From contig AP026123.1 in the NCBI GenBank assembly GCA_030295235.1, forward strand, positions 248,001-312,000: a DNA stretch of 64,000 nucleotides, written 5' to 3'. The stretch comes from Fistulifera solaris. Its lineage: Eukaryota. Positions 23,195-36,931 of this stretch are shown piece by piece (the first letter of the stretch is position 1; each line of letters begins with the position of its first letter). A program made the translations under genes and the position numbers. A model generated the notes under the pieces. The model searched no databases. It worked only from the letters and a program-made list of their open reading frames with translations, and was not told where the DNA came from.

Positions 23195-23340
23195 GCAACA
23201 GAAAATCTGGGGGAGTGGTATTTTGACGTCTCCAGAAAATATGGGGATGTGATGGTATTCTGACCTATCCAGAAAATCTGGGGGTGTGATATTGGGTGAC
23301 GTCCCCAGAAAAATCGTGGAGGGTGGTATTATTTTGAGAG
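23195..23340. repeat. Short array of ~35-bp units containing CCAGAAAATCTGG
   Basis: Four copies of (C)CAGAAAAT(C/A)TGG followed by G-rich sequence and GTATTTTGACG-like ends. Confidence 0.75.
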
Positions 23341-23589
23341 GAATAATACCTTGTACTACGGCAGTTGTTTACATTATTGTTTATAGGGTCCACACACTTG
23401 CAAATATTGCAGTGTGTGATTTGAATGATGTTATTGATGTGATGCTTCTTCAGTAAAAGGTCAAAAGTCTTAACGTACGGCGCTACGCGATCCCCCTTTG
23501 ACCCAGACTGCCTTGTCACAGCAACGAGGAGCGGTAATTTTCCCATTGCGTCGCAGGGCACTGCAGTTTTTCGAACAATAATTGACACC

Positions 23590-24330
23590 ATGTTTCGTTT
23601 GAATCATAATCTTTCCATTTTGGGTTCCCCGGGCAGCGGAAAAGGCTTTTACGGCCGATTGCTAGCCCAGCACTGGAAGGTACCTCTCGTGACGACGTCC
23701 GATATTTTGAAGAAACACGCCGAACGACATAGTAGTAAATCTTTGGACCTAGAGAGTGGGAAACTAGCGGACTGTCAGCTCGTTGCCGGTGTTCTCTTGG
23801 ATTATCTTCGCGAACAGCAACAATCAAACAGTACGAGACCTTTACACTGCATTCTGGATGGCTTTCCGCGGACGACATTACAAATACAAATTATGCAAGA
23901 AACATGGCCCGTTGAATATCAAATTCATGGAGGCTTGCATTTGAATGTACCGGATGAAGTGTGTCGAGAAAAGTCACTCGGGCGACGGTTTTGTACGATT
24001 TGTCAGGATTTTGTCAATACGGCGAATGTGCAAATGGGTGATTGGGATCTTCCTCCGACGTATCCGAAACTGTGTTCCAAAGCCTGCAATCCTGAAACGG
24101 ATTGGGTGCAACGTAAAGATGATGTTCTTGCTATCATACAAGCCCGCTTGGCAATTCATCACGAGCACGAAGAACCGATTCTCGATTATTTTCGTCGAAA
24201 CAATGCGCTCTACCAGTATACTCCATACAAAGGCGTCCGCGATTTCGATAGGTTGCGACTCTGCGCGGAAGAATGGCTGCAAGCACTGAAAGTAAAACCC
24301 GATGCGATGATGCTTTCATTAGAAGGCTAG
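23590..24330 (+). CDS. Adenylate kinase family protein with Cys-containing LID
   Basis: ILGSPGSGKG, ILDGFPRT, GRRFCTIC and QRKDD motifs. Confidence 0.85.
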   Translation: MFRLNHNLSILGSPGSGKGFYGRLLAQHWKVPLVTTSDILKKHAERHSSKSLDLESGKLADCQLVAGVLLDYLREQQQSNSTRPLHCILDGFPRTTLQIQIMQETWPVEYQIHGGLHLNVPDEVCREKSLGRRFCTICQDFVNTANVQMGDWDLPPTYPKLCSKACNPETDWVQRKDDVLAIIQARLAIHHEHEEPILDYFRRNNALYQYTPYKGVRDFDRLRLCAEEWLQALKVKPDAMMLSLEG

Positions 24331-24498
24331 AATTAAATGATAGAATCAATGAATCGAAGTAGCTTGCAACGGGAACTGGTGAACATATAATTATTGTTGG
24401 TCGAAGGATGATGGACTAGCTACTTTAACTTTAAGCTAAGATTTTGTTTGACTTTATGATAATTCCTTGATAACCATATTGATCTGACTTGCAGCATG

Positions 24499-25650
24499 CT
24501 ACAAAAAGACAAGAAAACCCATCATCAACACGCCGCCACGAACTCCGGACACCACTACGGAACGGCCAGCTTCTGATGTGGGCGACGATTCTGGAGCAGT
24601 AATGGGAGAGTTCTCTGGAGCTATCGCCTCGCCGCTAGTATCAGGTACTACAACCGGTGCCGTCTCAGGAGCTGGAAGTTCCTCGTTCTTGATTGGCGCC
24701 AAAACAGGTGACGTTTCAGGAGCTGGTTGGGGAGCGGCTGGCAAAGGCGGTGATGGTAACAGGCCCCGAGACTGTAACGTCAGCTCAAAAGTCCCGTCAC
24801 TTTGCGGTTTCGGATCTCCAATGAGAATGTAGTACTGCACGTTGGCTTCCGCAGTCCATTCGACTGACTTTTTCTGACGAGTCACCGACGGTAACGCAAA
24901 AAAAGCGTCGCCAGCTCGCGCTTGAACTCCAATGACATTCAATGCGGCCAAGTAATTTCTCGTCGTTGTTTTGAGAATGACAAGTTCCGCGGGAAATGTC
25001 GTGGTGTAGGTGAACCACACTCCGTATTCCCCATCCAACGCGCAAGCGTCCTCGGTGAAATCAGAAAGTGCACCCTGGAGAGTAAAATCTCCTTGAAAAG
25101 GCAAATCGTCTTGAGCCAATGCAACGGCACTCTCCATCTTATCATTCGCAGGAGAACCGTATTCTTCAAATGAAAGCAAGTAAGCCGCCTCGTCGTAAGG
25201 ACCATAGACGAAGATAAAGTATTCATCACCAACAGTCGTTTGAAAAAGCATTTCTCGGAAATAATTATCACCATTTATACAGACTAGAGAGTCGCAGGTA
25301 CCCTTGAAGACAATCATTTCTGGAGGAAAGGAGAATTCTTCCAGTGCTTCAATGGATAAACGGGCAACCAACACTTCCGAAGGAATGTAACTAAACCATC
25401 GACCGGGTGGCAAATCAGACTCCGAAAGAGTCGTTGAACACCAACTTGCAGAGTAAACGAAATCATTTATCTCTGGTAGAGACTCCGAATTCATCGAAAA
25501 GGGAGAAGTAATGCTTTCCGGGGCGCTGCATGAAAGTTGAGCCTGCACAACAGTTGTTACTTGAGAGCAAAGCAACACCAGTAATAACGATTTGCGCGCA
25601 AAGAAACGGCTCAAGCAAGAGGACGAAGAGTCATAGTGGCGATGGCTCAT
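24499..25650 (-). CDS. Secreted/cell-surface protein with two related beta-rich repeats, Pro-rich stalk and hydrophobic C-terminus (possible GPI anchor)
   Basis: Signal peptide LLLVLLCSQVTTVVQA; repeated motifs GRWFSY/GVWFTY and YFIFV/YYILI; PAPE repeats; C-terminal VLMMGFLVFL. Confidence 0.7.
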   Translation of the reverse strand: MSHRHYDSSSSCLSRFFARKSLLLVLLCSQVTTVVQAQLSCSAPESITSPFSMNSESLPEINDFVYSASWCSTTLSESDLPPGRWFSYIPSEVLVARLSIEALEEFSFPPEMIVFKGTCDSLVCINGDNYFREMLFQTTVGDEYFIFVYGPYDEAAYLLSFEEYGSPANDKMESAVALAQDDLPFQGDFTLQGALSDFTEDACALDGEYGVWFTYTTTFPAELVILKTTTRNYLAALNVIGVQARAGDAFFALPSVTRQKKSVEWTAEANVQYYILIGDPKPQSDGTFELTLQSRGLLPSPPLPAAPQPAPETSPVLAPIKNEELPAPETAPVVVPDTSGEAIAPENSPITAPESSPTSEAGRSVVVSGVRGGVLMMGFLVFL

Positions 25651-25905
25651 GGTAAGGACGTGAAGAACAATGAAGGTTGCTTTGAAAGAAAGCCGCAGAC
25701 TGCAACTGGGTTTATCTTTGTGTCCACTGTTCACGCATCTCGTGGTCAAAGGTCGAGGTCGAAACCAATAACTCGACTTTTGATCCGAAGCCAAATCTTT
25801 TGCTTCTCGGATCTTGAGTCCTGAGCATCTGCCATCTTGGATTCTCAATCCCAGTTGCTCAATAAACAGGTTAAATAGCACTACAACATGTACTGTGATG
25901 CGGGT

Positions 25906-27652
25906 CTAGTGGTTACACGTGTTGGTAGTAGAATATCATATGCTATCCAATTTCACTATTTTTGCGATACCATAACTTTTCGAAAACATGTCGGATTGCT
26001 TTCGTTTTTCAATATAATAAAACATCTTATTGAGCTTGATTTATATAACAAAGAATAGGCTCGATACGACGTCGGTGTCAAAAGTTGATGTGCCCCGAAA
26101 GGGATAGCATATGGGATAGCATATTAGCTAAAACTTGCGTTGAAAGTGACATAAAGCAAGAATGTAAAGGCTATAAGGACAGGAAACTCTCTGTCTAAGC
26201 CTGTTGGGTGCAAAGGCAAACCTGGGCTATTCACGGGACAGGAAATCGTGGCTTTCGTATCAAAGAAACGATTCAATTTCAAATGCTATCAAATTTCCTA
26301 GGTCGTGGCTCTTGAGAGGAGTTAACTCCTGTCCATATCGCTCGCCAATTCTGTTCTTACTACTAATGAACTTATGAAATACGCAGTCCTTGCTTGGGGA
26401 AGAATGTTAACGGCACAATTCCGCTCTCATCTACTATTAATCGGTTTTTCCGAGTGAAGGCTACTTTGACTTCATGCGCTTGGCGCCATCACACTGCTTT
26501 TAAGGCCATAGATTTATTGTTAATGGCTAAAATGCTTTTTTAGTAATACATCATGTACTTCCGACGAAAAAGCGCGACATTCATACTCGAAAAGCTGCGC
26601 GACGTGCCGCTGAATATTGCTACTTCAGTTTAAGCCGACTCTCATGTTGCTACCACCTCTTTTCCTCCAAATTATTCTATGAGTTAGTTTAACCGTGTTT
26701 AAACGGTTTGAATGTGCAAACGAACCACGGCAATTGTTTCTTCTTATGAGCGCTGGATGATGAAATGAGATATTTCACGAGTGCTTCGGTCTCACCTACG
26801 AGAAGTAAATTGCCGACTTCTTTTATCCACAATCACATAGATCTCGCTTACTTTTTGTCGAAGCATAGAGTAACCGTAAGAAAAGCTGATGAGACGGAAG
26901 CAGTTGCGTTGATTCAAGGTGTAAAGGAAGTCAAGACGTTCTTTATAATACGAATTGCGCTGAGCGAGTATCATTTGCGCCGTGTGGACTCGTCTCACCG
27001 TCTTCTGCTTTCATTTTCACAGTCAGATCTTGTATACCGGTTATTCTCATTACAGCAAATGTTGCAATAAACTGTAGGCTTTGACTGTGACACACAAATT
27101 CATTCTGTTGGCCTTTATGCTGGCGATGCCACGGCGACGTGGTCAAGGCGTCAACGCTGCTATCGCTCAGCGACTGTAACAATTATTTATTTGTTTTCGT
27201 GTGATATGAAAGAATTCAGAGTCTTCCTGTGATCAAAGGGACACGCTGCTGCTCAGAACCGTCGTCTTCATGGCCGCAAGGTGCTATTTTGACGCTCGTC
27301 GGCTCACGTGTGCTTTCGGTCATTTTCAGATTTTTGCGATAAAATCACGTTTTATCGAAACCGGATAGACAACTAGTCAGAGATAAAATGTACTTTGGGT
27401 ACCGGATTCAGATGTGAAAATTTTCAACAAAACGTGCGGACGAAACTTCCTCCAGGTCGCGAGCAGGTCATTTTCAACGTTGACCTGGGGGTATACGATT
27501 GTTCTTATGGATCAAAACAAGCTTCTAGTTCTTTGTTTAGCACCAACGGACTTAAATTGAACAGAATACGAGTTGCGCAAAAATGTACTTTTGGATAGCA
27601 TTTTAGGTAGCATATTAGGGTTCAAAATGCTATCAACACGTATAACCACTAG
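25906..27652. mobile_element. Non-autonomous DNA transposon (~1.75 kb) with 25-bp imperfect TIRs
   Basis: Left end CTAGTGGTTACACGTGTTGGTAGTA (25906-25930) versus reverse complement of 27628-27652 CTAGTGGTTATACGTGTTGATAGCA (22/25 match); subterminal ATGCTATC/GATAGCAT motifs at both ends; no long ORF inside. Confidence 0.7.
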
Positions 27653-28021
27653 AGGTCTAGAGGCTTTCTAGGCTGTCTTTTGTTTTGATGGCTTGTTAAT
27701 TGGTTAATTGTTAAACTTAGGAAACATGAATTTAAACTAAATGCCAAGCCCCATGTGAAAAGTAGAACGTAATTTGGAACGTCTCGGCTCTCGGCTCGGC
27801 TCGCACTAGACTACTTTTATTTCATTATTATTATTGGCAAGGTCGTATACATTATTTCAGGACTGGGATTAGGTCACGAGTCCTTCGTCTGCGCGCTGCA
27901 ATATGAATAAAAAAAGCGTGTGCCACACATAATAAATTTGACCAAGTACTTTTGAGGGACGAATAGAAGCAACAATAAGCAGTATAATCAATCAAGCTTC
28001 CCATCTCTTTAGACAAGTGAA

Positions 28022-29873
28022 ATGGCTTCCGAAAATGATGCAACAGCCGAACGATCCGGACGTCGGAAGCGACGATGGGGCGACGCGAACACGACAACGG
28101 CTGCTCCTGTCGCCGCCACAGCAACAACCACCGACCCGGTGAAAGATAAAGTACTGGCTTTACAAGAAAGTATCAAAGCTCGATTAGCGGCAGCCAAAGC
28201 TGCAGCAGGGACGGCAGCAGCTCCTCCTCCCGTAAAACGGGCGAAGCACTATGATTTAGACCTTGCCGTCACTGCTCCGACTTATAAACAACCGCAATCA
28301 ACCACAGAAGGAAAAGAGAAAATTACTGAAAAGGCTGTCGAGAATAAAGGAAAGACGACAAAGAATGCAAATCCCTACTTGTCTCATTATGACGATGTGG
28401 ATGATAATGACGAATCGCCCGACCATGATGCGAGTGTCGAAGACACCCGACTCTCGAGTCGAACCAGCAAGCCGCGTCCTCGCCATAAAGCTCTAAAATT
28501 CACAGAAGCTGGGCACTGGCAAGAAGTAGCGGAACGTACGCGAGAAAAAAGCAGCCATGCTAGAAGCATTTGGTTTTATGAGCGGTCGGAAAACGGGGCA
28601 TACGGTCAAAAGTGCTGGTTTGGCATCGGCCAGCGGATTCGATCCCACCGAGTCGGACGAATTACCGCCACGAGCGGATGCGCACCCCGATACAAAAATG
28701 CCTATTTGCGTGGAGTGGTGGGATATGGAATTGCTTCCTTCTAAGATTAAGAAACAGGTTGCCGCGCTCGAGTCTAATGCCATTATGCGTCAAACAAAAG
28801 CAGATCTTAATGAAGTCGGGGCAGCTGACCAAGTCGTCAAACAAGAAGGCGACAACACAGAGCAAAATGTAGAACAGTTGGATGAGGAGCAACTGAGAGA
28901 GTGGTGTGCACAGCAAGCGTCTCTTACGTACTGTAAGACTGCTTCACTCATTCAGCATATTGTCCCTGTCAAGCCGCCAAATGCGTATCAAGGACCACCC
29001 AAGGAAGCTGTTCTTAAATTAACGAAAAAGGAATTGAAGCGACAGCGCAAATTACGGCGACAGGAAAAGCAGCGTGAGCTGCAAGATTTGCAAGCGGCTG
29101 GTTTGATTCCAGCACCCGAACCGCGCTTGACGTTCCGGAACTTCATTCAAGTCTTGGGTGACCAAGCTTATCTGGACCCGAGTCAAATTGAGCGAAAGGT
29201 ACAAGAGCAGATCGAGGCCAGACAACGCGCGCATAATGAACGCAACGAGGCGAACAAATTAACGAAAGAGCAGCGCGCTCAAAAGAGAGCTTGGAAGTTG
29301 CAAGAAGATACTTCTGGTGGGGTTTCGGTTGCTGTGTTTTATGTCAAGGATTTGAGCCATCCATACCACCGTGCAAAAGTGGACTTGAATGCACAACAAA
29401 ACAACATCTCAGGAGGCGTCCTAGAATGCGAGGTACCCAAAATGGCATGTGTGATTTGTGAAGGAGGTCCAAAGGCAATCAAGCGATACACTAGGTTGAT
29501 GTTGGTCCGTATGAAATGGACCGGTCCGAATGACGACGATGATGATGATGATGATGAAGAAGAGGTGGATGCTAAACAGGGTGATGAAGACAATCTACTT
29601 TCGCATAAATTCAACCCTGACAATGAATGTTCTCTGGTTTGGCAAGGCATGGCGATGAAACCTGCTTTCAAGGGCTTCTTCTTTCAATCGTGTGAGACAT
29701 CCAGCCAAGCCCGAAAAGTTTTGAAGACCAAGGGTGTGGAGCATTATTGGGATCAGGTTCTTCAACAAGCGTCAGGAAGAGGAGATCTGCAGATCAAGTT
29801 GGATTCGAACAGCGATGATGATGACAATCCTTATTGTCAGCCTGACCAGGATGGGGATGTGATCATGTCCTAA
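28022..29873 (+). CDS. PRP3: U4/U6 snRNP protein Prp3
   Basis: VEWWD, IQHIVPV, LTKKELKRQRK, GLIPAPEPRL, KVDLNAQQ, EGGPKAIKRY...RMKW and NECSLVWQG motifs; frameshift at the A-run near 28550. Confidence 0.93.
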
Positions 29874-29976
29874 TCTTACATTTAGCTACAATCGACCGTA
29901 ATGTCAGTTGTTGTCAACGCTTAGTATAGGTCGGAACTATCACAATTATAAATAAGCCGCGTCTTAACAACCCTAT

Positions 29977-30877
29977 TTAGCGGCTGAACAGATCATCGGT
30001 GATCTTGTCACTTCCTAAAAGACTGTCTAAGCTATCATCATCGATATCTTCGTCATCATCATCGTAATCTTCATCGTCCATAAGATCATCATCATCGTCA
30101 TCATCATCGGCGATCGCAGAAGTACCATCTTTCTTCGCCATGCGCTCCTCCAGTTCTTGTCTCTTCTTTTGCTTCTTTGATTTATCTTTGTTTTTTCTAT
30201 CGTCGTTAACAGCTTTTAAAATTTCTGCTTTCGGGCTAAAGATGATGGATATGTTTCTTCCTTCTCGTTTCGGACGACTCTCCTTGATACAGACAGAGCT
30301 CAGGTCGACCGCTAACTTTTCTAGTAAATCGAAACCCAAATTATCATGCTGCACTTCGCGACCGCGGAACATTACGGTCGCCTTGACACGATTTCCCTGT
30401 TTGATGAACTTAATAGCGCTCTTCTTTCGCACATCATAGTCATGAACATCAATTTTGTACGACATTTTGACTTCCTTTATTTCTGTCGCTTTTGAGTTCT
30501 TCTTTAATTCTTTCGCTTTCTTTTCAAGCATGTATCGATATTTCGAATAGTCTGCGATCTTACAAACCGGAGGATCGGCCTTGTCGTTTATCAAAATAAG
30601 ATCGAGTCCGCCGAGTTCTTTTGCTTTCGCAAGTGCATCAACTAGACTCATAATGCCCAAAGCCTCGTCTTTACCGCCTGTTACGGATGCTATCACTCGA
30701 ATCTCTTTTGCTTTGATTTCCTCGTTCATGACCGGTACTTCAATTGCGGGTTGATTTTGTTGCCTGGCGAACAGTCGAGTCGATGCTCCGTGACGGGGTG
30801 AGAAAAGCAGGTTGTAAGAATCCCTGGGATGAGACGACAAGGAAGAAAAGAAGCGGAACGTGTACTAAGCTTCGCAT
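29977..30877 (-). CDS. infC: Plastid translation initiation factor IF-3
   Basis: MNEEIKAKEIRVI, DPPVCKIADY, KEVKMSYKIDVHD and MFRGRE motifs. Presequence MRSLVHVPLLFFLVVSSQG-FLQ from ATG 30877 joins via a frameshift near 30785. Confidence 0.92.
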
Positions 30878-33026
30878 GGTGCTTTGTCAAATATTGAGAA
30901 GAGATAGGTATCAAGGTTCGATCGAAAAGCAGCTGCAATGTCTGTGACAGTAAACAATTGGTTTGTCGTTTATGGTGATGGTGAATAATAAAAGGTGCGT
31001 GTTGTGTTTGCGTGGTTGCTGCGGTTTTGCGATGAGCAAAGAAACTGACGTCTGGTAGACACTAAACCATGTCTTACCGGCAATTGGTCTCGAACAATGA
31101 ATGTACCTAGGACCATGCACTTTGGTTGTTCAAGAAGCTACGGGACATCTCTGTCCCTCTAGCTAGCTTGCTAGCTGAAGAGATTTTGTCATCTTTTATC
31201 ATAAAGGACGCATTGAGCTACCAGGGTAATATGAGTTAAGAATTAGAAATGTGAATAAAAAAAATGGACGTTTACAAATTCTCTAGAGTAAACCCTACGG
31301 CACTCAAAAATACAAACTGCTAACTGCTGTACACTACCTTATTCAATTTAAAAAAAAGAAAAGTCATAAAATGGTCTTCATAAAGCAGCTGGAATGCCTT
31401 GATGATCTTCGGCTCTTCATACTGACGTCGACTATAGACAAAGTAGTATGATGATACGAGTCACGGTCTCCCATTTTGATCACGAGTCTAAATGAGGGTC
31501 CAGTCTGTCCGTGCATCCTGACCCTTATTTTCTATACGCGCTCCGACATGTCGTATTGGATAAGTACCGCTCCGAGCGCGTGACGACTGTTTATCATACA
31601 CTAAAATATTTCCTACTTTATAACGCCGCTGTGCCAAACCGTGATTTTTTGCTTCAAAATGCAAGGGGGTTGCCCATGATTTTTGGCCATTCTTTGCACT
31701 CACTTCAATCGATCGCAACAATCGATTTTGGGAAGGGAAACTTTTTATCCCATGGCATTTCTTAGATTCATATTATCACTCTTACTCAATAAGATGGTAT
31801 AACGACGAAAATGAAGCGAAAGGCATTCGCCTTACCGTTCAATGCTGCAAAATTTGACACTCTTGTCGAACGAGGCCCGTGAAAGTGACCAAATTTGCAC
31901 TATCGCTTGTGTCATGCGGAGGTCTCAAACAGCTCTTCAAGACTACGATGACGAAAACATGGTTTATACCAAATAATGGCTTAATCTATGAAATGATCGT
32001 GGCTGACTTACCTATGAAATATGAAAGGACGGAAGATCCTTCGGTAGTTCATTTTTTCTAGAGAACATAGAGACTAACGCCAGAACTCAGACAAATCGGC
32101 AATCGGTCTTTGGGCAAACACAAAGTTGGTCATTGCAATCAATTTTGGTCACCGCGTCCAGTGAGGCATTTCGTGTGAGTGCGTATCCTTCCTGGTAGGC
32201 AAGCGAAATGGGATTGAGCTGTCTAGTCTTGATGAAGCGACCGACGTACCAGGTAACGCTAATAATTACCTGGTATGCAAAAAATGGCTTCAACGTGTGC
32301 CATTCATTCATCGTTTCCCTTCTCCTATGTTCGCAAAAGCAAATCGTTTCTCTCAATGTTTATCACGCATTCGTCGTGATGGACACTCTCAAGAGAGCCA
32401 AGTTTCTCCGCATGGCGAGTCGCCGCGTTGGCAGAAGCTAAGACCGCAGACTTTCGACGACGGCCATACGACTTTTGACAACACCCCAGTAACTCAAGAA
32501 ACGATCGACGCTGACTGGATAAGTCGCTAAGCCGGAAACTCCGACGGAACAACGGGATCAATCGCGCTAATTTTCATGTTGTCGAACTTGACGTGAAAGT
32601 TGGACGTTCATGCATGGTTTCTAAAGGAACTGCGAGTCATCTAGCTGGAGAGATTTCGACAAGGCGAACTGCTCTGCTGCTCACCCTGTCATCAACCATT
32701 ACAAAGGACGAATTGAGCTATCAATCATGAATGTAAATTAAATTTTCTGGTCAACAACAACATGTAAACTCGTATGTTAACCCAGATAGCAATTGTGTTC
32801 CTTTTCGATTTCCTCTAGAGTAGACCTACGGCACTCAAAGATACAAGTTGTTTCGTTATTCGATTAACTACAGAACAGAACATCAACCAGAATCTGAAGC
32901 GACGCATTTCCAACTCCTTATAAATAGATACAGTATACGACGGGCTCGTGTCGCTATTCTAGCTGTGCCAATCGTACTCTCTCGTCTGAGCAAGTCACCA
33001 TTCATACGAGATAGCTCAACAACCCA

Positions 33027-34513
33027 CTATCGTTGAAACGCATAATCCTTGTCGCTTTCTTCAAACACATTACTGAACGATATGTTGTTTGTCGATTCCG
33101 AGAACCGCGTAGTGCTCTCTCCGAAATCAGACATTCGGTCGAGCGTAGCAGTACTCATGTCCATATCAATGCCTCCACCGAAACCAGGCTTAAATCCGTT
33201 CAGCTTTCTTTCTTGTACTCTCATTGGCGCCACGATGTCGTCGTCCATGTTTTCACTCATCGACAAGTCCATGATGGAGGACAATTGATTCTGTCCGTTC
33301 AAAATCCCTTCGAACCCAATGCTATTGTCACTAGCTTCTCGCTTTAGCTGACTCCTCATATTTCCTGTTGCGCCTAATCCTTTCACGGGCACTCTTCGTG
33401 GAGGAGGCAGTTGACTCACGGGGCCAGGGTCGGGAATGCTCATTCCGGGCGATACAAAGTTGTTGAGTGACTGACCAGGGTTTGTATGATTGTTTTGCAA
33501 ATCCATAAAGTTACTTTGAAACGAAGTTGACGGTTGCTGCTGCATCTGATTTCCAAGTAGATTGATGTTGCCCATTGAAGCTGTCACATTCTGCATCATT
33601 CCCAATGGCGGAGCCGAGTTGTGTCGAATCACTGATCTCATTAACGGAGCCTGTAGCTGAAGTTGATGATCCATGGAACCGATTTGTTCGTGCTGCAATG
33701 GCTGGTGACGAATTTGCTGCTGCTGTTGATGCTGGTCTTGATGAAGTTGTTGGACGATCGATGATAAGCCACCGTACGGCATCGACATGTGGGAAACGAC
33801 ACCTCGCTGTAGCGGTGCGCTATGATTCGATGAAAAGGGAGAAGTCTGAAAATTCTGAATAGTCTGACCTTGAATGGTTGGGCCCAAATGTTGAGTTTGC
33901 ACGCGATTGTTGTTGTTTGCGAAAGAAGCCATGCCCATAGACCCATCCTGGGGAATACCCGCCATCATGGACATTCCATGCCCGTTTGAAAGTGCCATCT
34001 TTTCCGTGTAATAGAAGGATGCAGAAGCAGGTAAAGGTTAGTGACACCGGGGAGATTCGTCAAACCTGTCGACAATCAGTCATTTACCTGTGGTATAGCG
34101 CCGTTAGCTCCATGACCGTAGGACGAAGTCGGTGGCTCGTCAATATCTTCGTCATCTGTATCTCCTCCCATTTCTTTCATAATGTCGGGTGCGCCTTCTC
34201 GAAGTGCCTGTCGCGTTTTATCGAGGGCTTTCTTCTCACCGATATCGTACCATAGCTTCGAAACAGGATCCTGTTTGAGAAACCTCCCGGGCGGATTCAT
34301 ACGCCGAATTTCGTCGACAATCAGCTTCGAAAATTTCCCCTTTTGCGGCTTCGGACATGCGACGTAAGCTACTTTGTGCTTGCGCACTAACGCTCGGAAA
34401 TTTTCGTTGCCCGAGTGATAGTTGACGAAATTGCCTCGTCCGGAAAGAACATCATTTGAATTGACTCTATCCATAGGTATTCCTGGCCCTTCGTAGTGCT
34501 CTTGGCTCGCCAT
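33027..34513 (-). CDS. DUF6824-type diatom protein with Gln/Met-rich disordered tail
   Basis: NDVLSGRG...HSGNENFR...PPGRFL...KTRQALRE; an intron starting at 34087 links it to ORF 33027-33998. Confidence 0.8.
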
Positions 34514-35414
34514 TGTTGATTCAGGTCTCTTTAACGAAACGAAAAGCAGCTATTTATAGAAACGTTGACAATGTCTTTAATGAGGGACCTGTTTCGATTT
34601 TGATTCTTTGGCTTTTTCGAAAAAATTGCGAGGAGACGACGAAGAGTCATTTCAAAAAATTATGACTGCAATCAGCAATAAACAGGCATTGCATTGGGCA
34701 AACTCATTACTCTGCAACACACTGTACAACGATACATTGTATAAAAAAAAATTGATGTAGTCCGAACAACTGAACACTGAACAATGATGAAGACGATAAC
34801 GATGCGACGATGTCATTCGTCCGTGATTTATGACGAACTCCTGTCATGAAAATATTCGGTTATTTTTATAGACTACATATAGCTCGAGTTTTAATCTGAA
34901 ACAGTTTAGATCTAAAGAAAACCAACTGAAAAGGATGACATCGCTGGACCTCTTATTCGAACTTTACTTAACGGTCTCTGCGGGACCAAATATCGCTGTG
35001 CATCTTGATGTTTCACAAATTCACAAATGAGAAAGATTTCTTATTAACGCTGAATGACTAGTCTATAGGACTTTAAAAACTGTCCATGACCAATGGGTAT
35101 CCGGTTTCCCGATTCGGCCTTCAAAAAGGCTAGTCACTAACTCTGACGATTGACGATCAGAATCTATTCCATTGTTAAAAGCGAAAAATACAAAAGCAGC
35201 GGCTCTGTGATCAACCATTTCGCTGTATTTGATACCGATAACAATGTCTTAATGGGGGCGTGGACGCACTACTGTGGGCTGGTTTTTCCTATATATCGCT
35301 AGTTCGTTTGCCATAAAAGAACGACTTTGAAAGGATCGCATTTCAGACAATATCTTCTCATCAATACAATATCTCCATGTATCAATTTACTCAACCCTAA
35401 CAAAGAAACCGTGT

Positions 35415-36931
35415 TTAGAGGCTTTGTGAGCGAGTGATCGCTTCGTATTGTTTCCTAGTTTGGTCGTATAATTCCTTCAGAAACGATTTCATCTCCTCTT
35501 TGCTGTTGCAAGCTCCTAGATCCTCTTTATATTCACGCTGCAGCCTCTTTTCACCAGAAGACGGTAGCGTTTCTCTAGCGCTTCGGGATTACTGGCACCT
35601 GCAGTATCACTGTGGGTCTGAAGCTGATGTAATCGCAAGAGCTCGTACACGACCTGGACCTGTTTCGGTGTAATTTTTGCTTTAGCGGAAGCATCATTCA
35701 AAATTGAGTCTTTCAGGGGGGCAAAGAAATCGGGGACAGAAATATCAGTATGCTGGAGAGAATCGACTGCACTTCCAAACCAGTTTTCATTTTTCGCCTT
35801 CGCTTCCAAAAATCTGTGATAATCGACGCGATTCCGCAAAGCAACAAAGGCTGGAGCAGGATCTTCGACATTGATTTCTACAATCGACTTTGGAATTTCA
35901 GCTTCCTCTCCTTTAAGCCGTTCATTGTATCCATCAAACGCCCACTTGTAAACGGCGTTCATCATTGTAAATCCATGACCGCTACGTTGATAAGGGGGTA
36001 GGATGAGCGCCTGGCAGATTCGCACCACAGTTCCAGGCGTCGGTTTGCGGAACGGAGAGTTGAAGTGATACAGTGTAAAGTATCCTGCAAACGAATACTG
36101 TTTCTCACCGTGCATCTGGAACAAATAAAGAATGTTCCAAGTTCCACCGACGCTTTGTTCCGCGACATCAACATCATCGGCCGTTTCGATAAAGAAGCGG
36201 GCCATGCGCTGTACCTCATTATGAAAGGTCGCAGCATCGGATCCGTTGGCTAGAGTTAGACAGAATCGATCTCCTCGCCATACGTATTTTTCGAGATACG
36301 TGCCGGGTATAGTTGTCAGGTACTTTTGTTCTATGTCCGACCCTGTTTTGGAAGCAATCGTAGGAAGCGCTCTTGAAAGTCGACTTTCCACTTCCGATAG
36401 AGGCATCCGTCGGCGCCGTGTATTTCCCTCTTCTTCCGTAGATTTCACCGCATCTTCGTCATCTTCGTCGACATACACACTGGAGTCCGAACCTTCTGGT
36501 GCAGACTTTTCGCTTGTTACTGTTTCCGACGACTCATCTCCATCGTTGTTCTTTTCTTCATTGCTGTCATCAAAATTTTCGGAGGAAGAAACAGCATTGG
36601 CTCTTTTGGCGTCTCTCTGGGTAAGACAGCTGCGGAGTAATCGGCGCTTCTTCGGGCGTTTCGTTTCGAAAGATACGTGACAGAGTTCGCATGAGGGTGA
36701 TAAATCAATTTGAACCTTCATTTCTCTTAACGCCGTGTCTTCTTCATTTTCGTTTCTAATATCTTCTTCGTTGGATGGAGGTATGTATCCACGAATAGCC
36801 TCGTTTTCGAAGAGCTGATGAGTATAAACAGGATGAAATGTGTTGCCTAACAGTCGCAACTCGATGCAACGAGCTGCGGAGGAGTTCCGCGCTGTGCTTT
36901 CGGCCCCAACTATCTCAGAAGCGGATACCAT
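35415..36931 (-). CDS. HAT1: Histone acetyltransferase type B catalytic subunit
   Basis: FHPVYTHQLF, RICQALILPPYQRSGHG and EINVEDPAPAF motifs; a frameshift near 35550 extends the C-terminus (KRLQREY...) to a stop at 35415. Confidence 0.85.
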
